The position numbers and the translations under genes were made by a program. Below, piece after piece: positions 61,047 through 64,000 of a stretch of DNA of 64,000 nucleotides. The stretch spans positions 950 to 64,949 of the forward strand of contig CAYUUL010000006.1 of NCBI GenBank assembly GCA_964447865.1, in the 5' to 3' direction. A model generated the notes under the pieces. That model made no database searches, had not been told where the DNA came from, and worked only from the letters and a program-made list of their open reading frames with translations. Position 1 is the stretch's first letter. Every line of letters begins with the position of its first letter. The DNA is from an uncultured Planctomycetaceae bacterium (GTDB lineage Bacteria > Planctomycetota > Planctomycetia > Pirellulales > Thermoguttaceae).

Positions 61047-61202
61047 AGTCTCATCTCCATCCGTGGACTCATATATAACACGCGTATAACGTCGTCCTTC
61101 TTAACCTCGATAATATCGGGTAATCAAGCGTTTCGCTTCACCTTTTCCGCATAAATAGGGCAATAATACCAGCAAGAAATTATCAAGTAATCGTTTTAAT
61201 CG

Positions 61203-61235
61203 TTAAAATTTAAAGGGCGACATTAAGCCGCCCTT
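61203..61235 (-). terminator. putative terminator after porin paralogue 2
   Basis: The minus strand reads aagggcg-gcttaatgt-cgccctt followed by taaatttta. Confidence 0.5.
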
Positions 61236-61261
61236 GTAATCAACATATTTTTTTGGAACTT

Positions 61262-62770
61262 TCAGAATTTCACACCCATCTGCAGGAAACACGAATCGTT
61301 TTTAGCGTCTCCACTTTTCGCCCCCTTTTCGACGTTCGCGACGGCATGTTCCCAGTTAAAGGCCAGACAAGTCTGCTGGTTCCACCACCAGTTGGCGCCA
61401 GTCACAACGCGATTGACCGTGCCGGTCGTGGGATCAACCGAGGTGAAATTGACGTCGTCCGTTTCGAGATATTCCCATTTCACCACGGCTTCCAGAGCGC
61501 CGAGCCCCTGTCCCATCCCTCTCTTGTCGAAATTGACGAAGATCGCTTCTTCTGGCATATTCATCGTCGTAAACCGGGCGTCGTTTTTATTATATGATCT
61601 CGTACATCCCGGCGTGAGGCACCATCTCATGGCGGCGGTCGAACCGTACGCGTTTCCTCCGCCGTTCGTAATGGACATGACGTACCCATCGGCAGTCGCG
61701 GCGAACCCTTCGCGCTGATAGGCGATTTCCATTTGCGAGACGGAGTACGAGCGGTCTTCCAGGGAGATTTTCCCGTTAATGAAATAGGGACTGTTCCCCA
61801 CCCAGCCATGCCCACGCGTCTTGAGAGTCAAAGAGGCGTCGTCGGAGGTCGGATCCAACCAGTAGAAACTCCCGCCAAAGTGCAGGACTTCTCGCGTAAA
61901 TCCTTTGTCGTCCTCGACGAGAATCGGCGCGGCGGTCAGGCGAGTATTGAGGAGGTAGCCAGGATCCTCGTTTTCCGTTCTGTTCGGCCAAGTGTTCACG
62001 CTGGGCGCGGCAAAGATCCCGAGAAAGAGCCGCGCGGTCTTTTCCGCGTTGTAATTTGTCGAGCCAATACCGAGCCGACGATTCATACGGAAGAACGAGG
62101 CGCCCTCGTCGGTACTAATAAAGGCGGGCTCAAACGCCGGTTCTATACTTTCCATACCGGACTCGACATAGAAATGTCCGATCGTTATATCGCCGAAGAT
62201 TGGGGAATCTTTGAAGCGGACGTAGTTGTCGTACAGTTTAATCGATTCTTGAACACCGACGCCCGCGGCAAATTGCATACCGTGACCGTTCCCACGACAC
62301 GTAAAACGGAGGTCGTGGACGTCGTAGACGTTTTTAGCGTTTCCGAGCAGGTCTTTTGAGACGTCGTCCTGGGAGACGTAATACGCGCCGAGCCCCAAAA
62401 AGCCGCCGAATTTCAGATTATAGGGGTCGGTGAGTTTCTCTTTCTTTTTATTCTTTTCCTGTTCGGCCTTGAAATCGGCAGTCAGTTTATCGAGCCGTTG
62501 TTCCAGTTCTTCAATTTTAGCGGCGTCGTCGACGGCGTCCTCGTCTTCGACAATATTAGATTCTTCGTCGGCGTTTTGAGACCACGGGACGGCGGTTGGC
62601 GCGAGTTCGTATTGGTAACCGGACGCTTCAGAGGAACTATAAACAGCAGAAGGTTCGACGTCCCATTCCTGCGCTAAGAGCGCCGCGCCAGGAACGCCGA
62701 ACGCAACGCCTCCAAAGATCAATAACCGCAAGGTTGATTCTCGAGAAAAAAGTCGAAACATTTTCGTCAC
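61262..62770 (-). CDS. outer-membrane beta-barrel porin (OprO/P-like, tentative), paralogue 2
   Basis: Aligns with paralogue 1 along its whole length (e.g. HFYVESGMESI / HFVESGMESC, GGGNAYGST / GGGNAYGTT, NDARFTTMNMPEE / DDARFTSVYMPED). Coiled coil IEELEQRLDKLTADFKAEQEKNKKK. C-terminal ..LQMGVKF. Confidence 0.7.
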   Translation of the reverse strand: MTKMFRLFSRESTLRLLIFGGVAFGVPGAALLAQEWDVEPSAVYSSSEASGYQYELAPTAVPWSQNADEESNIVEDEDAVDDAAKIEELEQRLDKLTADFKAEQEKNKKKEKLTDPYNLKFGGFLGLGAYYVSQDDVSKDLLGNAKNVYDVHDLRFTCRGNGHGMQFAAGVGVQESIKLYDNYVRFKDSPIFGDITIGHFYVESGMESIEPAFEPAFISTDEGASFFRMNRRLGIGSTNYNAEKTARLFLGIFAAPSVNTWPNRTENEDPGYLLNTRLTAAPILVEDDKGFTREVLHFGGSFYWLDPTSDDASLTLKTRGHGWVGNSPYFINGKISLEDRSYSVSQMEIAYQREGFAATADGYVMSITNGGGNAYGSTAAMRWCLTPGCTRSYNKNDARFTTMNMPEEAIFVNFDKRGMGQGLGALEAVVKWEYLETDDVNFTSVDPTTGTVNRVVTGANWWWNQQTCLAFNWEHAVANVEKGAKSGDAKNDSCFLQMGVKF

Positions 62771-62974
62771 TCCATGAACGTATGAAATTGATGTAATATG
62801 TCCTTGCTCACAATCGACCTTTGCAACGCAATCACGCGGTCTTCTTATCGTCTAGACCTCCTATCTATGTTTAATGAATTTGAGTTAAGTATAGTTTGAC
62901 GTTTGCGCGGACGTTAGACGCAACTTGACGGCGCGGAACGACAAAGAAAGAAATTTCTCGAAATCTTGGAAAAT

Positions 62975-63008
62975 AAAAAAAGCGCCGAAACTTTTGTTGT
63001 TTCGACGC
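62975..63008 (-). terminator. strong intrinsic terminator after the small lipoprotein gene
   Basis: The minus strand reads gcgtcgaaac-aacaaaa-gtttcggcgc (10 bp, one G-U pair) followed by U7. Confidence 0.8.
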
Positions 63009-63040
63009 ATTTATAAGCGTAGACCGAGATTGAATAAGAC

Positions 63041-63517
63041 TCATTCTGAAGTCAAAGCGAAGTCAAAGACGTTCTTTCCGCTCTGCACGCTGGCGGTCAA
63101 GCCGGAAGTAACGGGGACGGTATACCTGGCAGGCACGATATCGACCCATTCGGCAGGATATTTTTTATAGATATCTTCGCCGGTTTCGGAGGCTTTTTGG
63201 ACTTCTTCCAGAGAAGGAGTCGGCGCGACGTTTTCCTGTTTCACAATCGCGACTTTATATTCGCCGACAACAGCGCCCTTGTTTGGCGCGCCGCCTTGCG
63301 TGGTAAGGGTATAATGTCCGGTTTCGTCCGTATTGCCGTAAGCGCCAAGTGATCCGACGTTGGGCGCGAAAGTAATCTTCGCGTTAGCGACCGGTTCTCC
63401 GTCGAGCGTAACAAGGCCGGTAACCATTTCTGTTTTAACGGAAGCGCCGCCGCAACCGACGACAGCCGCCAAAGAAACGGCAAGCAGGAGGATTGAATAT
63501 AATTTTGAAATACGCAT
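63041..63517 (-). CDS. small lipoprotein with carboxypeptidase-regulatory-like beta-sandwich
   Basis: Start at CAT 63515-63517. Lipobox LAAVVGC. VTGLVTLDGEPVANAKITFAP is typical of the small lipoproteins encoded downstream of DUF1559 genes. Confidence 0.7.
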   Translation of the reverse strand: MRISKLYSILLLAVSLAAVVGCGGASVKTEMVTGLVTLDGEPVANAKITFAPNVGSLGAYGNTDETGHYTLTTQGGAPNKGAVVGEYKVAIVKQENVAPTPSLEEVQKASETGEDIYKKYPAEWVDIVPARYTVPVTSGLTASVQSGKNVFDFALTSE

Positions 63518-63627
63518 AGCGTCGCCTTTCGTATTGTTTTCACTAATCATACAACGAGAAGTCGTAGGAAACGCGTCCTTTTCACGCGTAAAACTGCCAA
63601 GGACGCGCCGATTCGACATGGAGAAAA

Positions 63628-64000
63628 TCAGAGTTGAGTAGTTTCCCCACCGGCGACAGTCCCCATAGCGCCCCAGACGCCGAACGGGGATTTCGCGTCG
63701 AGAGCGGTACCGTTGTCGAAGGAACCAACCGAGGCGCCGCCTTTGGTGTACCAGCTGGATCCAGGCGTACCGCAGTCGATGGTTTCAGAGACGAAGCGAA
63801 CGGAACCGTCGCCCATGCAGGCGTTCACGCCGCCGGAGTGGTAACTTGCCGCCGAGAACATACCGTGGTACTCTTGTCCGCAACTGGGCGAATTCGGAGG
63901 AAGAATGGTAAAGAACGCGTTATAGCATTGGCCGTAGCCGTGGAACCAACGTCGCCCGCGGGTATATTCGGTGGACCAAACGTCGTTGTATCCGGTGAGT
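63628..64000 (-). CDS. DUF1559 (H-X9-DG, type II-pseudopilin-like) protein, C-terminal part
   Basis: The frame is open to the right window edge (..LTGYNDVWSTEYTRGRRWFHGYGQ..). H-X9-DG motif: YHSGGVNACMGDGSVRFV. Confidence 0.8.
   Translation of the reverse strand, partial: LTGYNDVWSTEYTRGRRWFHGYGQCYNAFFTILPPNSPSCGQEYHGMFSAASYHSGGVNACMGDGSVRFVSETIDCGTPGSSWYTKGGASVGSFDNGTALDAKSPFGVWGAMGTVAGGETTQL

Noticed and set aside
1-64000. CRISPR arrays, IS elements, integrases, toxin-antitoxin pairs and known defence genes.
   Set aside because: None seen. There are no regularly spaced direct repeats, no transposase/integrase-like ORFs, and no recognisable defence-system domains in any frame.

Overview
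This 64-kb window looks like a chromosomal segment from a PVC-group bacterium, probably Planctomycetota-like. That placement is an inference from three things: a DUF1559 / H-X9-DG protein at the right edge, Tat-signal Gfo/Idh/MocA oxidoreductases, and several secreted glycoside-hydrolase-like proteins. About 38 protein genes are supported. I found no rRNA, tRNA, CRISPR array, transposase or integrase. Housekeeping content: skp-lpxC, a CcsA/HemX-like gene followed by hemA, comEC, yebC, a nusA-infB-rbfA operon, mutM, parA-parB, and a polar-amino-acid ABC transporter. Accessory content: a metallophosphoesterase, a CPBP protease, a CE15 esterase, an ArnT-like glycosyltransferase, a GH78-like hydrolase, and a histidine kinase with a CxxCH motif in its periplasmic domain. 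Regions I cannot explain with known systems: (i) a secreted 111-aa protein made of three 29-aa Cys-knuckle repeats, next to a CPBP protease; (ii) a promoter plus intrinsic terminator in the nusA leader, followed by a 1.4-kb AT-rich stretch with no convincing ORF and a radical-SAM repair gene inactivated by two in-frame nonsense codons; (iii) a plus-strand block at 45.3-55.4 kb containing a TMEM43/DUF1625-like protein, a 1205-aa membrane protein with a ~460-aa acidic region, a BtaA/DUF3419-like protein, and a GH38-like giant whose catalytic residues look substituted; (iv) a minus-strand envelope block at 55.4-64 kb containing a TolC-like protein with no partner genes, a CxxCH beta-propeller lipoprotein, two paralogous porins with N-terminal coiled coils, and a lipoprotein/DUF1559 pair. 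All family calls rest on motifs read by eye, and no database search was run.
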